Shown here piece by piece: positions 8,423-18,638 of a DNA stretch of 64,000 nt (the stretch's first letter is position 1; the number at the start of each line of letters is the position of its first letter). A program made the translations under genes and the position numbers. The stretch is from an uncultured Chloroflexia bacterium (GTDB lineage Bacteria > Chloroflexota > Limnocylindria > Limnocylindrales > CSP1-4), in the NCBI GenBank assembly GCA_963828165.1, contig CAWHDR010000001.1, positions 268,775 through 332,774 on the forward strand. Direction: 5' to 3'. A model generated the notes under the pieces. It saw nothing but the letters and a program-made list of their open reading frames with translations. It had not been told where the DNA came from and did no database searches.

Positions 8423-11400
8423 TCAGGCCTCGAGGATCTCGACCGAGTCCTGGATCAGGGGCAGTCGGACCGTGAAGGTCGTATCGCCGACCTCGCTCGC
8501 GACGGTGATGTTGCCGCCGTGCTGCTCGACGATGTGCCGGGTCCCAGCGAGTCCGATGCCACTGCCGCTGACCGTTCCCGCCGTGTTCGACGCTCGGTAG
8601 TAGGGCTCGAAGACGCGATCGACCTCGGCGGGCGGGATACCGATCCCGTTGTCCCGCACGACGAGGATCGCCCACTCCTGGTGGCCGATCTGATCCTGCC
8701 TGACCTGGAGGGTGATCTCGCCGCCTTTGGGGCTGTACTTCACGGCATTGGAGATGAGGTTGCCGACGATCCGCTCGATGCGGGCCTCGTCCCAGTCGCC
8801 GAGCACGCGCGGGATCTCGGTTTCCAGGGTGATCGTATGGCGCGGACTGATCTTCTGGTACTCGGTAGCAAGCCGGCGCACGATCCTGACAAGGTCCGCC
8901 GGGCCGACGTCGAGCTCCAGCTCGTGGCCCATCCGCAGTCGCGTGAGGTCAAGAAGCTCATCGACCAGGCGCACGAGCTGCGCCGTGCTCTCGTCGATGA
9001 CTTCGAGGCCTTCCGCGATCTGCGCCGATCCTTCGTCGCCCCGCGAGACCGCGCGCTGGAGGAGATTGGCATTGCCCTTGATGATCGTCGCCGGCGTCTT
9101 GAGGTCGTGGGAGATCGCCGCGAGGAATTCGTCCTTCTGACGATCGAGATCGCGCAGCGGGCTGATGTCCTGGAAGACCGCGACACCCCCTGCTGGATGG
9201 CCCTGTCCATCGCTCAACGGCGCGCTGTTCACGAGGATGGGCACGTCCTGGCCGGTGATCGAATTGGTGATGACGAGCTGCTCGCCCCGCACCACTTCGC
9301 TGTGGAAGACCGCCCGCGCCAAGGGATGATCCGCCGTGACATGCGCGCCAACCTCGGCTCGCCGCGTGCCGGGGGCACCGTCCACCATGGTCCCGACCGA
9401 TTCGGGGACAGTGCCCATGATCTCGGCGGCCGCTGCGTTGCTCAGGTAGACCCGCCCGGTCGCGTCGGCGATGAGGATCGCCTCGGGCATCACGTCGACG
9501 ACCTGCCGCAGGCGGGCCAGGCCGTATTCGGCTTCCGCGCGGGCCGCCTGCTCCTGCACGAGGTCCTCGGCCCGCATGTTCGCCGTGATGGTGCTCAGGA
9601 CGATCCCGATGCTCTCCCCCAGCTGGTCCAGGAAGGCGATCTGGATATCGCTGAGATCCTCGATGGATGCGAGCTCGATCACGGCGCGCGTCTCGTCCTC
9701 GAACAGGATGGGAAGGAGGACGATGGATCGGGGCGTCGCGCCGCCCAGCGCCGAAGAGATCGATGCGTAGTCAGGCGGAACGTCATGAAGATGGATCCGC
9801 CGGCGGTCCTCGGCAGCCTGGCCCAGCAGGCCCTCGCCGAACCTGATCATCTCCGGCGGCTCCGGGGAGATGTGGCGCGGATAGGTCGCCAGCAGGCCGA
9901 GTCGGGACGGCTCGCCATCGAGGTTCGCGAGGTAGAACACGCCGCGCTGGACACCGACCAGCGGGGCCAGCTCGGTCAGGATCAGCCGGCCGACCATCTG
10001 GAGGTCGCGTTGGCCCTGGAGCAGCTGACCGAATCGCGCGATGTTCGTCTTGAGCCAGTCGCTCTCCCGGTTCCGCTGCGTCGTCTCGCGCAGGTTCCTG
10101 ATCATCTCGTTGACGTCGTCCTTCAGGAGCGCGACCTCGCCTTGCGCATGAACCTGGACGGATCGGGAGAGGTCCCCGCGGGTCACCGCGGTGGCGACCT
10201 CGCCGATCGCCCGCACCTGGGTCGTGAGATTCGCGGCGAGCTGGTTGACCGAGTCGGTCAGGTCCTTCCAGGTCCCGCCCACGCCGCGGACGTCGGCCTG
10301 ACCGCCGAGCTTGCCTTCGGTGCCGACCTCCCGGGCGACGCGCGTGACCTCGCTGGCAAAGGCGTTGAGCTGGTCGACCATGGTGTTGATCGTGTCCTTG
10401 AGCTCGAGGATCTCGCCGCGGGCATCGACGGTGATCTTCTTGGAGAGGTCGCCATTGGCGACGGCGGTCGTCACGTCGGCGATGTTGCGGACCTGGCCGG
10501 TCAGGTTGCCCGCCATCGAGTTCACGTTGTCGGTCAGGTCCTTCCATGTGCCGGCCACGCCCGGGACGTCAGCTTCGCCGCCGAGCTTGCCTTCGGTGCC
10601 GACCTCGCGGGCGACGCGCGTGACCTCGCTGGCGAACGCGTTGAGCTGGTCGACCATCACGTTGATGGTGTTCTTCTGCTCGAGGAACTCGCCGCGGACG
10701 TCGACCGTGATCTTCTTGCTCAGGTCGCCCCGGGCGACCGCCATCGTCACCTCGGCGATGTTGCGGGCGCGGGCGGTGAGGTTGAGGGACATCGTGTTGA
10801 CGTTGTCGGTCAGGTCCTTCCAGGTCCCGGCGACGCCGCGGACATCGGCCTGGCCGCCGAGCTTGCCCTCCGTGCCCACCTCATGTGCCACGCGGGTCAC
10901 TTCGCCCGCGAGCAAGTTGAGCTGGTCGACCATCGTGTTGATCGTGTTCTTGAGCTCGAGGATCTCGCCCTGCACGTCCACGGTGATCTTCTTGGAGAGG
11001 TCACCCTTGGCGACGGCGGTGGTCACCTCGGCGATGTTGCGGACCTGCGCGGTCAGGTTGCCTGCCATCGAGTTGACTGAATCGGTGAGGTCCTTCCACG
11101 TCCCGCCGACGCCGTGGACGTCGGCCTGGCCACCGAGCTTTCCCTCCGTGCCAACCTCTCTGGCGACGCGCGTGACTTCGCTCGCGAACGCGTTGAGCTG
11201 GTCGACCATCGTGTTGATCGTGTCGGCCAGTCGCTTGTACTCGCCCTTGAGCGGCTGACCATCGATCTCCATCGCCATCCGCTGCGACAGATCGCCCCGG
11301 GCTACCGCATCCATCACGCGACTGATCTCGAGCATCGGCTCGGTCAGGTCGAAGACCAGCTGATTGACCGCCGCCTCGTTGCGCGCCCAGCTTCCCGCCG

Positions 11401-11689
11401 GCCCGATCGAGACACGGTGGCTGATCCGGCCCTCACGTCCGACCGCACGGCTGATCCGGCGCAGCTCCTGCGCGGTGCGCTGGTTCAGCTCGACGATGTC
11501 GTTGAAGGCCTCGGCGACGGCTCCCGCCATGCCGGCCTCCCCTTCCGGCAGGCGGACACGGAGGTCGCCGTTGCGCAGCGCCCGGAGCGCACTGAGCAGG
11601 GCCGCGCCATCAAGCCCGTCGTGCTGCCGTGCGGCCGTCTCGTCATTGGTGACGCGCTGCAAGCTCCGAATCTCGTACGCACCTTCCAT
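8423..11689 (-). CDS. sensor histidine kinase with tandem poly-HAMP array, GAF, PAS, HisKA and HATPase_c domains
   Basis: Five or more consecutive ~92-aa HAMP-like units ([61 protein letters not shown]) are followed by a GAF-like region and a PAS domain. Then come the H-box ([13 protein letters not shown]) and the N/G boxes ([22 protein letters not shown]). Confidence 0.85.
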   Translation of the reverse strand: MEGAYEIRSLQRVTNDETAARQHDGLDGAALLSALRALRNGDLRVRLPEGEAGMAGAVAEAFNDIVELNQRTAQELRRISRAVGREGRISHRVSIGPAGSWARNEAAVNQLVFDLTEPMLEISRVMDAVARGDLSQRMAMEIDGQPLKGEYKRLADTINTMVDQLNAFASEVTRVAREVGTEGKLGGQADVHGVGGTWKDLTDSVNSMAGNLTAQVRNIAEVTTAVAKGDLSKKITVDVQGEILELKNTINTMVDQLNLLAGEVTRVAHEVGTEGKLGGQADVRGVAGTWKDLTDNVNTMSLNLTARARNIAEVTMAVARGDLSKKITVDVRGEFLEQKNTINVMVDQLNAFASEVTRVAREVGTEGKLGGEADVPGVAGTWKDLTDNVNSMAGNLTGQVRNIADVTTAVANGDLSKKITVDARGEILELKDTINTMVDQLNAFASEVTRVAREVGTEGKLGGQADVRGVGGTWKDLTDSVNQLAANLTTQVRAIGEVATAVTRGDLSRSVQVHAQGEVALLKDDVNEMIRNLRETTQRNRESDWLKTNIARFGQLLQGQRDLQMVGRLILTELAPLVGVQRGVFYLANLDGEPSRLGLLATYPRHISPEPPEMIRFGEGLLGQAAEDRRRIHLHDVPPDYASISSALGGATPRSIVLLPILFEDETRAVIELASIEDLSDIQIAFLDQLGESIGIVLSTITANMRAEDLVQEQAARAEAEYGLARLRQVVDVMPEAILIADATGRVYLSNAAAAEIMGTVPESVGTMVDGAPGTRRAEVGAHVTADHPLARAVFHSEVVRGEQLVITNSITGQDVPILVNSAPLSDGQGHPAGGVAVFQDISPLRDLDRQKDEFLAAISHDLKTPATIIKGNANLLQRAVSRGDEGSAQIAEGLEVIDESTAQLVRLVDELLDLTRLRMGHELELDVGPADLVRIVRRLATEYQKISPRHTITLETEIPRVLGDWDEARIERIVGNLISNAVKYSPKGGEITLQVRQDQIGHQEWAILVVRDNGIGIPPAEVDRVFEPYYRASNTAGTVSGSGIGLAGTRHIVEQHGGNITVASEVGDTTFTVRLPLIQDSVEILEA
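10060..11310. repeat. ~276-bp tandem DNA repeats (4-5 copies, roughly 80-85% identity) encoding the HAMP units of the kinase
   Basis: Recurring blocks such as gcgacgcgcgtgacctcgctggc at 10332, 10608 and 11164, with a diverged copy at 10886. Period 276-278 bp. These generate a spurious periodic antisense ORF (10311..11258 +). Confidence 0.8.
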
Positions 11690-11818
11690 CGGCCCTGTCG
11701 GGTGCGAACGAATGTAGCGGCTTACCGCCGCCCCTCACCTTGCAAGGCCGTTACTGCCGGGGAGGGTTCTGTCACAAGCTCGCGCGAGGTGTGGGCTCGA
11801 GGCGCGCCAGGTTGCCGA

Positions 11819-12859
11819 TCACGGAGCGGCGATGGCCGAGCGGAGGTGTTCCGCGGCCTGCTCGGCGGTGAGGTCGCGCTGGGTCTCCGCGAGAAGCTCG
11901 TACCCGACCATGAACTTCCGCTTGCTCGCGGTGAGCAGCGGCGGGAAGAAGTGAGCGTGGAGCTGCCAGTGAGGCTCGGGGCCCCCACGGAACGGTGCCT
12001 GGTGCCAACCCATGGAATACGGGAACGAGAGGCTGAACAGGCGATCGTAAGCGCCCAGCAGCTGGATCACTGCGGCGGCCAACGAATCGCGCCGTGCATC
12101 GTCCAGATCGGGCAACCGCTGCGTCGGCTGCTTCGGGACCAGCAACGTCTCGTACGGCCACGCGGCCCAGAACGGGACCAACACCGACCAATCGGCATCT
12201 TCGAACAAGATCCTGGGTCCGCCCGCCTCCTGGGCGATGTAGTCCAGCAGCAAGGGCTCGCCGCGACCCCGAAGGTGCTCGAGCTGGGTCCGATCCTCGC
12301 GCGCCGCGACGTGCGGCAACGCGCTCCCGGCCCAGATCTGGCCGTGGGGATGCGGGTTGGACGCACCCATGGCCTCGCCCCGGTTTTCGAACACCTGGAC
12401 CCATTGGAACCGCTCGCCGAGCTCGGCGGTCTGGTCGGCCCAGAGTTCCACGACCGTGCGGACAGCGCCCCGGTCCATCGCCGCAAGCGTGAGGTCGTGA
12501 CGGCGAGAGAAGCACAGGACCCGGCAGGTCCCTGCCTCGACCTCGGCGCGCAGCAGGCCTTCGGCCAGGCGTCGGTCGGGCGAGTCGGGCCGCAACGCGG
12601 CGAAGTCGTTGGTGAAGACGTAGGTCTGCTCGTAGTCGGGGTTCACCGCGCCGTTGGCCCGGCGGTTGCCCGGGCAGAGATAGCACGTCGGGTCGTACGC
12701 CATGGCGGGTGCGCCAGGCGGCACCTCCTCCTTGCCCTGCCACGGCCGCTGCGTCCGCCCGGCGGAAACGAGCAGCCATTCGTCGAGGAGCGGGTTATAG
12801 CGCCGGTGCGGATGGTCGCTCAGCTGCGCGATGGGATCGCCCGATCGGGTGACGCTCAC
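11819..12859 (-). CDS. galT: galactose-1-phosphate uridylyltransferase
   Basis: HIT-type GalT motifs (CYLCPGN, FENRGEAMGASNPHPHGQIWA) and a full-length 346 aa. Confidence 0.85.
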   Translation of the reverse strand: MSVTRSGDPIAQLSDHPHRRYNPLLDEWLLVSAGRTQRPWQGKEEVPPGAPAMAYDPTCYLCPGNRRANGAVNPDYEQTYVFTNDFAALRPDSPDRRLAEGLLRAEVEAGTCRVLCFSRRHDLTLAAMDRGAVRTVVELWADQTAELGERFQWVQVFENRGEAMGASNPHPHGQIWAGSALPHVAAREDRTQLEHLRGRGEPLLLDYIAQEAGGPRILFEDADWSVLVPFWAAWPYETLLVPKQPTQRLPDLDDARRDSLAAAVIQLLGAYDRLFSLSFPYSMGWHQAPFRGGPEPHWQLHAHFFPPLLTASKRKFMVGYELLAETQRDLTAEQAAEHLRSAIAAP

Positions 12860-12929
12860 GTTGGATCTCCAGACGTAGAGATCGGTTGCAGGGCCGGCAC
12901 TGGAGGAGCGAGCGCCGGCCCTGCGAGGA

Positions 12930-14831
12930 TCAACGGCGAACGCCGGACAGGGTCACGTGGTCGAACTCGGCCTCGAAGCCCGAGCCGCCCATCGACACCA
13001 GTCCGATGCGCGCGTCGCTGCCAAGGTGATGCGTCCACGTCCCGCCGCGCGTCCAGGTGACGCCGTCGAGGCTCGTATACGCCGTGTATCGCTCGGGGCC
13101 GCCGTAGGGCCCGGCGGCGGTATGCGGCCCTTCGTTTCTCTTCACGATCCGCAGCCACGTCGACTCGCCGGGCGCACCGACGACGGTGTTCCCGTAGCGC
13201 GGATAGCCGGCGGGAACGGGGAACAGCTCCTTCGCGAACTCGGTCTGGCGCGTGTTCCAGATCGAGACGTGTACGAGCTTGGTGAAGTTGTCGTCATCGT
13301 CGTAGACCACGAGTCCCGCCTGGACGAAGTTGAAGCAGCAGCCCTCGGCGGGAACGGTCAGCCGGACCTTGGTTTCGACCACCCAGTCGTCGGCGGTCAC
13401 GTCGCGCGTCAGGACCGACGCGTTGTTCGAGCCCTCGAACAGGTCGGCGGCCTGGGTCTCCATCGAGAACTGGCCCCCGCCAACGCCGTAGGTGTCCGCA
13501 GCCGGTTCGCGTACCCAGGACCATTCCGGTCCGAGGCTCGACCCATCGAAGGTCTCGCGCCAGATGGTCGCGCCGGGCCGGTCGTCGCGGACCTTCGGCG
13601 CGTGATACGTCGACTTGTCGCCCGGCTGCGCGGCCGGCGCCTTGACCGGCGTGTCCGAGGCCCAGGCGCCACCGCGAACCGTTGGCCATGCGTCGATCCA
13701 GTCGAGGGGATCGAGCAATGCGGGGCGCTTCGTGAACCCGACGGCTCCCTCGAAATAGGGCTCGTTCACGTCGATGGCGTGATAGATCGTCCACCACTGG
13801 CCGGCGAGGTCCTGGAAGACCGTGTTGTGGCCGGGCCCCACCCAGCGGTTCCCGTTCATGCTGATGACGGGCGTGCCGCCGACCCGTCCGGTCGTGGGGT
13901 CGGCTTCGTTCGGGCCCTCGTTGTCATTGAGCGAGACACCGTCGCGATCGACGAACGGTCCCGTGGGGCTGGTCGAACGACCGACGAACACGCTGTAGCC
14001 CGTCAGCGGGCCTCGGCAGCAATCGGTGGCCGAGACGAACAGGTAGTAGTGATCGCCATGCCGCTCGACCTCCGCGCCTTCGAACTTGTTCGCGACGGCG
14101 ACGTTCGTCTGCGTGGCGGGATCCGTCGTGAGGCCGGTCTCGGCCAGGACGCGGACCGAGATCCCACCGAAATACGAGCCGTAGTAGAGGTAGTCGAGCC
14201 CATCGGTCCGGAGGACCTCCGGATCGAAGACCCAGCGCCGGGAATCGGGGCCGCAGCAATCGGCGCCGTGGGGCTCCACGGCCGGGGCGGCCTGGTGGCT
14301 CCAGGGCCCGAGCGGCGTCGGAGCAGTGGCCACCCCGATCGCGCTGCCGCCCCCGGGCAGCGTCGTGTCGGTGACGGTGTAGTACAGGTGGTACGAGCCG
14401 GTCTCCGGGTAATAGGCGATCTCCGGCGCCCACAGGCCGGCGGTGGCGGTGGCGTATGCGGGCCGTGTCGAGAAGGCATCGCCCTCGTACGTCCAGTTCA
14501 CGAGGTCGATCGATGACAGCATCGGGATCAATCGGAACCGGAAATCGCCGTTCGCCAGCCGATCCTCGTCGTTGAGCGGGTCCGTGGTGCAGTACATGTA
14601 CCAGCGGCCCTCGCCCTCCTGGCCCTGGATCACCGTCGGATCGGCGCAGCTCTCGACGATGCCATCACCCGGCACGATCGGCTCGAGCGGATTGCGATAC
14701 GTGCCGGTGCCGGCTGCCCCGACCGACGCCGTCAATGGCGCCACCAGCGAACCTCCAAGCGCGAGGGCCACGAGACGAGCGACCGTCCGCGTCCGGCGCG
14801 ACCGGATCGATGGATGCAGCACTGTCATCAC
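12930..14831 (-). CDS. secreted glycoside hydrolase family 43 (arabinanase/arabinofuranosidase-like) with C-terminal beta-sandwich domain
   Basis: N-terminal signal peptide. The GH43 five-bladed propeller signature (ADPTVI, WAPEI..Y....YHLYYT) and a C-terminal ~200-aa accessory domain. Confidence 0.75.
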   Translation of the reverse strand: MMTVLHPSIRSRRTRTVARLVALALGGSLVAPLTASVGAAGTGTYRNPLEPIVPGDGIVESCADPTVIQGQEGEGRWYMYCTTDPLNDEDRLANGDFRFRLIPMLSSIDLVNWTYEGDAFSTRPAYATATAGLWAPEIAYYPETGSYHLYYTVTDTTLPGGGSAIGVATAPTPLGPWSHQAAPAVEPHGADCCGPDSRRWVFDPEVLRTDGLDYLYYGSYFGGISVRVLAETGLTTDPATQTNVAVANKFEGAEVERHGDHYYLFVSATDCCRGPLTGYSVFVGRSTSPTGPFVDRDGVSLNDNEGPNEADPTTGRVGGTPVISMNGNRWVGPGHNTVFQDLAGQWWTIYHAIDVNEPYFEGAVGFTKRPALLDPLDWIDAWPTVRGGAWASDTPVKAPAAQPGDKSTYHAPKVRDDRPGATIWRETFDGSSLGPEWSWVREPAADTYGVGGGQFSMETQAADLFEGSNNASVLTRDVTADDWVVETKVRLTVPAEGCCFNFVQAGLVVYDDDDNFTKLVHVSIWNTRQTEFAKELFPVPAGYPRYGNTVVGAPGESTWLRIVKRNEGPHTAAGPYGGPERYTAYTSLDGVTWTRGGTWTHHLGSDARIGLVSMGGSGFEAEFDHVTLSGVRR

Positions 14832-14847
14832 GCCTCCTCCTCCGTCG

Positions 14848-15855
14848 TCAGCTCGCGACCGGCGTCCGGTCTTCGATCGGTTCGGGTTCCATCGATTCGA
14901 TGCCGGCGAGGTCGTACTCGATCCGGAGCCCGAGGTCCTGGGGGTAGTTGCCGAACTCGCGCCCGAATAGGTTCATGCCCCCGACGTTCTGGGCGTCCGG
15001 GCGGACACCGATGCGGATCGTGATCGGGTCGCTGCGACGCAGCCCGAGGGCGGCGATATCGACGCCGGACAGAGCCAGCCCGTCGATGGACGTCCCGGCC
15101 GGGGATACCCGCCAGCGCTTGAGGACGCCGAACTGCGAGTCCTTTTCCTCCCACCAGCTCGGGGTGAGCCGTCCGCGGACGCCGCCGAAATCCGCCGGAC
15201 AGGTCCACTCACCGAGATGGATCCCGTTGATCCACACGCTGATATCACTCGGCCAGTCGGGGTCGTGGAGGGGTGCCTCGCTGCACACCTCCGCCGTTAG
15301 CTGCAGGGACAGGACGTGCGCCCCGGGCGGGACGCGATTGGGGAACCGGTACTCCACGTAGCCCACACGGAACCAGAGCAGCTGCGCCCGGACCCGGTCG
15401 GGCTCGTAGAACGAGTTGGGGTCGTCGAGATACCCGATCAGGCCGTCCGACGTCGCGAGGCCACAAGTCGGCTCCACGTTGAAATCGGAGTAGCCGCCGA
15501 TCGGCATCGTGAGCTCGATGGCCTCCCGCGTGTGGTGCTCCCCACGCGGCAGGTCGATGACCAGTTCGTCGTACGTTCTCGCGCAGACCTTTTGAAGGCC
15601 CCGGCTCGCAGGCCGCATCTCCGTATGGAGGAGACCAGCCTTCTCCAACACCACGATGTGCATCGTCGCCGTCGACGCGGGCAACCCGAGGTCCGCCGCG
15701 ATCTGGTTGACCGACACGACCCGGTCGCCGAGGTATCGCAGGATCGCGATCCGGGTCTCGCTGCCGAGCGCTTTCAGCACGTCGAGTGCCTGGCCATCCG
15801 TGCCCGACGCATCAACATGCAGGCTCTTTCGGGCGATATGGCGCGTGCCGATCAT
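14848..15855 (-). CDS. ArsR-family HTH transcriptional regulator with large C-terminal domain
   Basis: Start trimmed to ATG 15855 (MIGTRH...). The ArsR wHTH is LKALGSETRIAILRYLGDRVVSVNQIAADLGLPASTATMHIVVLEKAGLL. Divergent from the ABC sugar importer operon. Confidence 0.65.
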   Translation of the reverse strand: MIGTRHIARKSLHVDASGTDGQALDVLKALGSETRIAILRYLGDRVVSVNQIAADLGLPASTATMHIVVLEKAGLLHTEMRPASRGLQKVCARTYDELVIDLPRGEHHTREAIELTMPIGGYSDFNVEPTCGLATSDGLIGYLDDPNSFYEPDRVRAQLLWFRVGYVEYRFPNRVPPGAHVLSLQLTAEVCSEAPLHDPDWPSDISVWINGIHLGEWTCPADFGGVRGRLTPSWWEEKDSQFGVLKRWRVSPAGTSIDGLALSGVDIAALGLRRSDPITIRIGVRPDAQNVGGMNLFGREFGNYPQDLGLRIEYDLAGIESMEPEPIEDRTPVAS

Positions 15856-16105
15856 CGCCAGAATGAAGGAGGTTTGGCTGCGGCTGTCATGGCAAGACGA
15901 TACCGGACGTGTGCAATAGGCAGCCGGAGCAGTTCGTGATTCGGGGATATTGACGGACCGTGCTACGTTGTGCCGCATCACTCCAGTCAAAGCTGTGGGT
16001 AATCACCATGACCTGCATGGCCAACCCTGGAGTCGACTGCAGCGCCCGGGTTCGACCCAGCCAACGAGCCCGTATCACCTGCGCGCCGCCCCAGGCGGCG
16101 CACCC

Positions 16106-17566
16106 ATGGAGGAGTCAACGGTGCGCAAGATCGAAGTCCCCCGTACCCGCCCGCGAAAGACGGGCAATGCTCTGCCGGACAGTATCGGCCGCCTGGCTGC
16201 CATCCTCGTGGCCTTGGTCCTCATCGTCGCTGCCTGTGGCCCGGCTGGGGGCAGCGCGGCTCCCACCACCGGGTCGGTCGCACCGCCAAGCGCGGCGCCG
16301 TCCGATGGCGCCGCACCGTCCGGCAGCGCCGCGGCAGGTGGCCTGGAGCCGCCGGCCACCAAGGTCGACCTCGTGGTCTGGAATCCCTTCACGGGACCAG
16401 ACGGCGGGTTCTTCAGTGAGATCGTCGACAAGTTCAATGCCGAGACGCCGAACGTCCAGGTGACGATCGAGACGCAGGTCGGCGCGGAGTACATCGCCAA
16501 GCTCGAGGCGGCCGCCGCCGCCAACCAGCTGCCGCACGTCATCGCCGCCGGGTACGATGCCCTCCCGCTGCTCACTGAAAATGGGATCGTCACGCCGATC
16601 GACGACCTTGCCACGCAGGCCGGGCTGGACGCCTCTGACTTCCCTGAGGCGATCTGGAACGCCGGGCAGTGGAAGGACCAGCGGGTGGGCATCCCGATCG
16701 ACACCCACACGATGAACTTCTACTACAACAAGAAGCTGTTCACGGACGCTGGGCTCGATCCCGAGAAGCCGCCGGCCACCAAGGATGAGTTCGAGGCCGC
16801 CATCAAGGCCGTCCAGGACAGCACCGACGCCGATGGATACCAGATGGTCGCCAGTGGCCCCGGAGCAAACTTCCTCGTCGGCATCCAGTTCGCGGCACTC
16901 TTCTATCAGGGCGGCGGTGAGTGGACCAACGCCGACTTCACCGAAGCCACGTTCAACACTGACGCCGGCGTCCAGGCGGCCACGTACCTCAAGCACCTCG
17001 TCGACGACCTGGGCGTTCCGAAGGTCGAGAGCGACGCGGAGATCAACGCTTTTCAGCAGGGCAAGAACGCCATGGTCATGTCGGGCATCTGGGAGACCAC
17101 CCGGTACAACGACGCCCTCGGCGCCGATCTCGGCGTCGCGCCGATCCCGGCGATCTTCGGGGACGGCACGTGGGGCGGCTCGCACAATCTCGCCGTGACC
17201 GCCGCGGCAGAGGGCGACCTGCGTCAGGGCGCCTACTACTTCATCGATTGGTTCTCGCGCAATTCTCTCGACTGGGGCGCAGCCGGCCAGATCCCGGCCC
17301 GCAACGAGGTCCGGGAGTCGCCTGAGTTCCAGAACGCGTCCGGCGAGGGCCTCCTGCCGCTCATCGCGCAGGTCGCGCCGCTGGCCGAGTCCGTGAAGTT
17401 CCTGCCGACGATCCCGGGCGGCGGCGACATCCTCTTCGTGGCCAATGGGGCTGGTGAGGCGGCGACGTTCGCGATCAACGGGACTGACCCGAAACAGGCG
17501 CTCGACGCCGCGGCGACGTTCAACTCGCAGATCCTCAAGGAGAACAAGACCAAGTACGGGTTCTGA
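16106..17566 (+). CDS. ABC transporter extracellular solute-binding protein (sugar, family 1), lipoprotein
   Basis: Signal peptide plus lipobox (LIVAACGP). SBP_bac_1-like sequence. The start is ATG 16106, or a GTG at 16121 with a GGAGGAG RBS 7 nt upstream. Confidence 0.8.
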   Translation: MEESTVRKIEVPRTRPRKTGNALPDSIGRLAAILVALVLIVAACGPAGGSAAPTTGSVAPPSAAPSDGAAPSGSAAAGGLEPPATKVDLVVWNPFTGPDGGFFSEIVDKFNAETPNVQVTIETQVGAEYIAKLEAAAAANQLPHVIAAGYDALPLLTENGIVTPIDDLATQAGLDASDFPEAIWNAGQWKDQRVGIPIDTHTMNFYYNKKLFTDAGLDPEKPPATKDEFEAAIKAVQDSTDADGYQMVASGPGANFLVGIQFAALFYQGGGEWTNADFTEATFNTDAGVQAATYLKHLVDDLGVPKVESDAEINAFQQGKNAMVMSGIWETTRYNDALGADLGVAPIPAIFGDGTWGGSHNLAVTAAAEGDLRQGAYYFIDWFSRNSLDWGAAGQIPARNEVRESPEFQNASGEGLLPLIAQVAPLAESVKFLPTIPGGGDILFVANGAGEAATFAINGTDPKQALDAAATFNSQILKENKTKYGF

Positions 17567-17644
17567 CCCGGCGGTCGCAGGGGCGATCCGCGGCGGCTCC
17601 GGCTGCGCGGATCGCCCGCAACCACCTGACGCTGGAGTGACGCG

Positions 17645-18628
17645 ATGACCGACGCAAGCGTGGGGGCCGTCCACCGGACGAAGGACCAGGGCCGTCGCTC
17701 GTTCGGGCGATCCAAACGCAAGGACGTCCGCCGGCGCATTGGCGAGAAGCCGTGGACGCCGTACCTGTTCATCGCGCCGCACTTCATCATCTTCGCGATC
17801 TTCATCCTGTATCCGTTCTTCCTGGGCATCTGGATCAGCCTGCACGACTCGTCCTCGCTCCGCGACGGGCCGTTCGTGGGGTTCAACAACTACCTCAAGG
17901 TGCTCGATCCCTCGAGCATCCATTTCCCGCGCTTCTGGAACACCGTCTGGAACACGATCCTGTTCGTACTGATGAGTGTTCCGTTGCTCATCGGCGTCGG
18001 GTTGCTGCTCGCCACGCTCCTGAACCAGAAGCTCCGTGGCCGGAACGTGTTCCGGGCCATCTACTTCGTCCCGTGGACGCTTTCCGTCGCCGTCGTCGGC
18101 CTGACCTGGTGGTGGGTCTTCAACAGCAACGCGGGGTTCGTGCCACTGCTGCTCGAGTCCTGGTTCGGTGGCAGCCCCAACTTCCTCGCGTCCAATCCGT
18201 GGGCCTGGTTCACGATCAACATCGCCACGCTGTGGTGGACGATCGGCTTCAACACGATCATCTTCCTCGCGGGCATGCAGGCGATCTCCGCGGACCTCTA
18301 CGAGGCGGCGTCCGTGGATGGGGCCAATCGCTGGCAGCAATTCCGCTCCATCACCCTGCCCAGTCTCCGTCCCATCCTGCTGCTCGTCGTGACCCTCCAG
18401 ATCCTGGCCTCGTTCCAGCTCGTCGGGCAGCCCCAGATCATCACCGGCGGGGGGCCACCGAGCGCCCTCGGTGGCGAGACGGCCCCAGTGCTTCTGCACA
18501 TCTACCAGACCGGCTTCGAGGGCCGGCGCGAGCTCAGCTTCGCCGCCGCCATGGCGCTCATCGTGGCCGCGATGATGGTGGTGGTCAGCGTCATCAACTT
18601 CCGCCTGTTCAGCTCAGAGCGGTCGTAG
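17645..18628 (+). CDS. carbohydrate ABC transporter permease (MalF-like)
   Basis: Six TM segments and an EAA-type loop (EAASVDGANRWQQFRSITLP). Confidence 0.85.
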   Translation: MTDASVGAVHRTKDQGRRSFGRSKRKDVRRRIGEKPWTPYLFIAPHFIIFAIFILYPFFLGIWISLHDSSSLRDGPFVGFNNYLKVLDPSSIHFPRFWNTVWNTILFVLMSVPLLIGVGLLLATLLNQKLRGRNVFRAIYFVPWTLSVAVVGLTWWWVFNSNAGFVPLLLESWFGGSPNFLASNPWAWFTINIATLWWTIGFNTIIFLAGMQAISADLYEAASVDGANRWQQFRSITLPSLRPILLLVVTLQILASFQLVGQPQIITGGGPPSALGGETAPVLLHIYQTGFEGRRELSFAAAMALIVAAMMVVVSVINFRLFSSERS

Positions 18629-18638
18629 GAGGGATGCC

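Noticed and set aside
8519-11258. Plus-strand ORFs 8519..11080 and 10311..11258 with periodic ~92-aa repeats
   Set aside because: These are mirror images of the HAMP-encoding tandem repeats on the opposite strand. They have no start context or motifs, and the sense-strand kinase is unambiguous.
11114-13060. 648-aa plus-strand ORF overlapping the kinase 5' end and galT
   Set aside because: Antisense to galT (clear HIT motifs) and junk-like in composition.
16115-18499. 794-aa minus-strand ORF across the SBP/permease genes
   Set aside because: Antisense to the ABC importer genes. Low-complexity Arg/Glu/Asp-rich translation.
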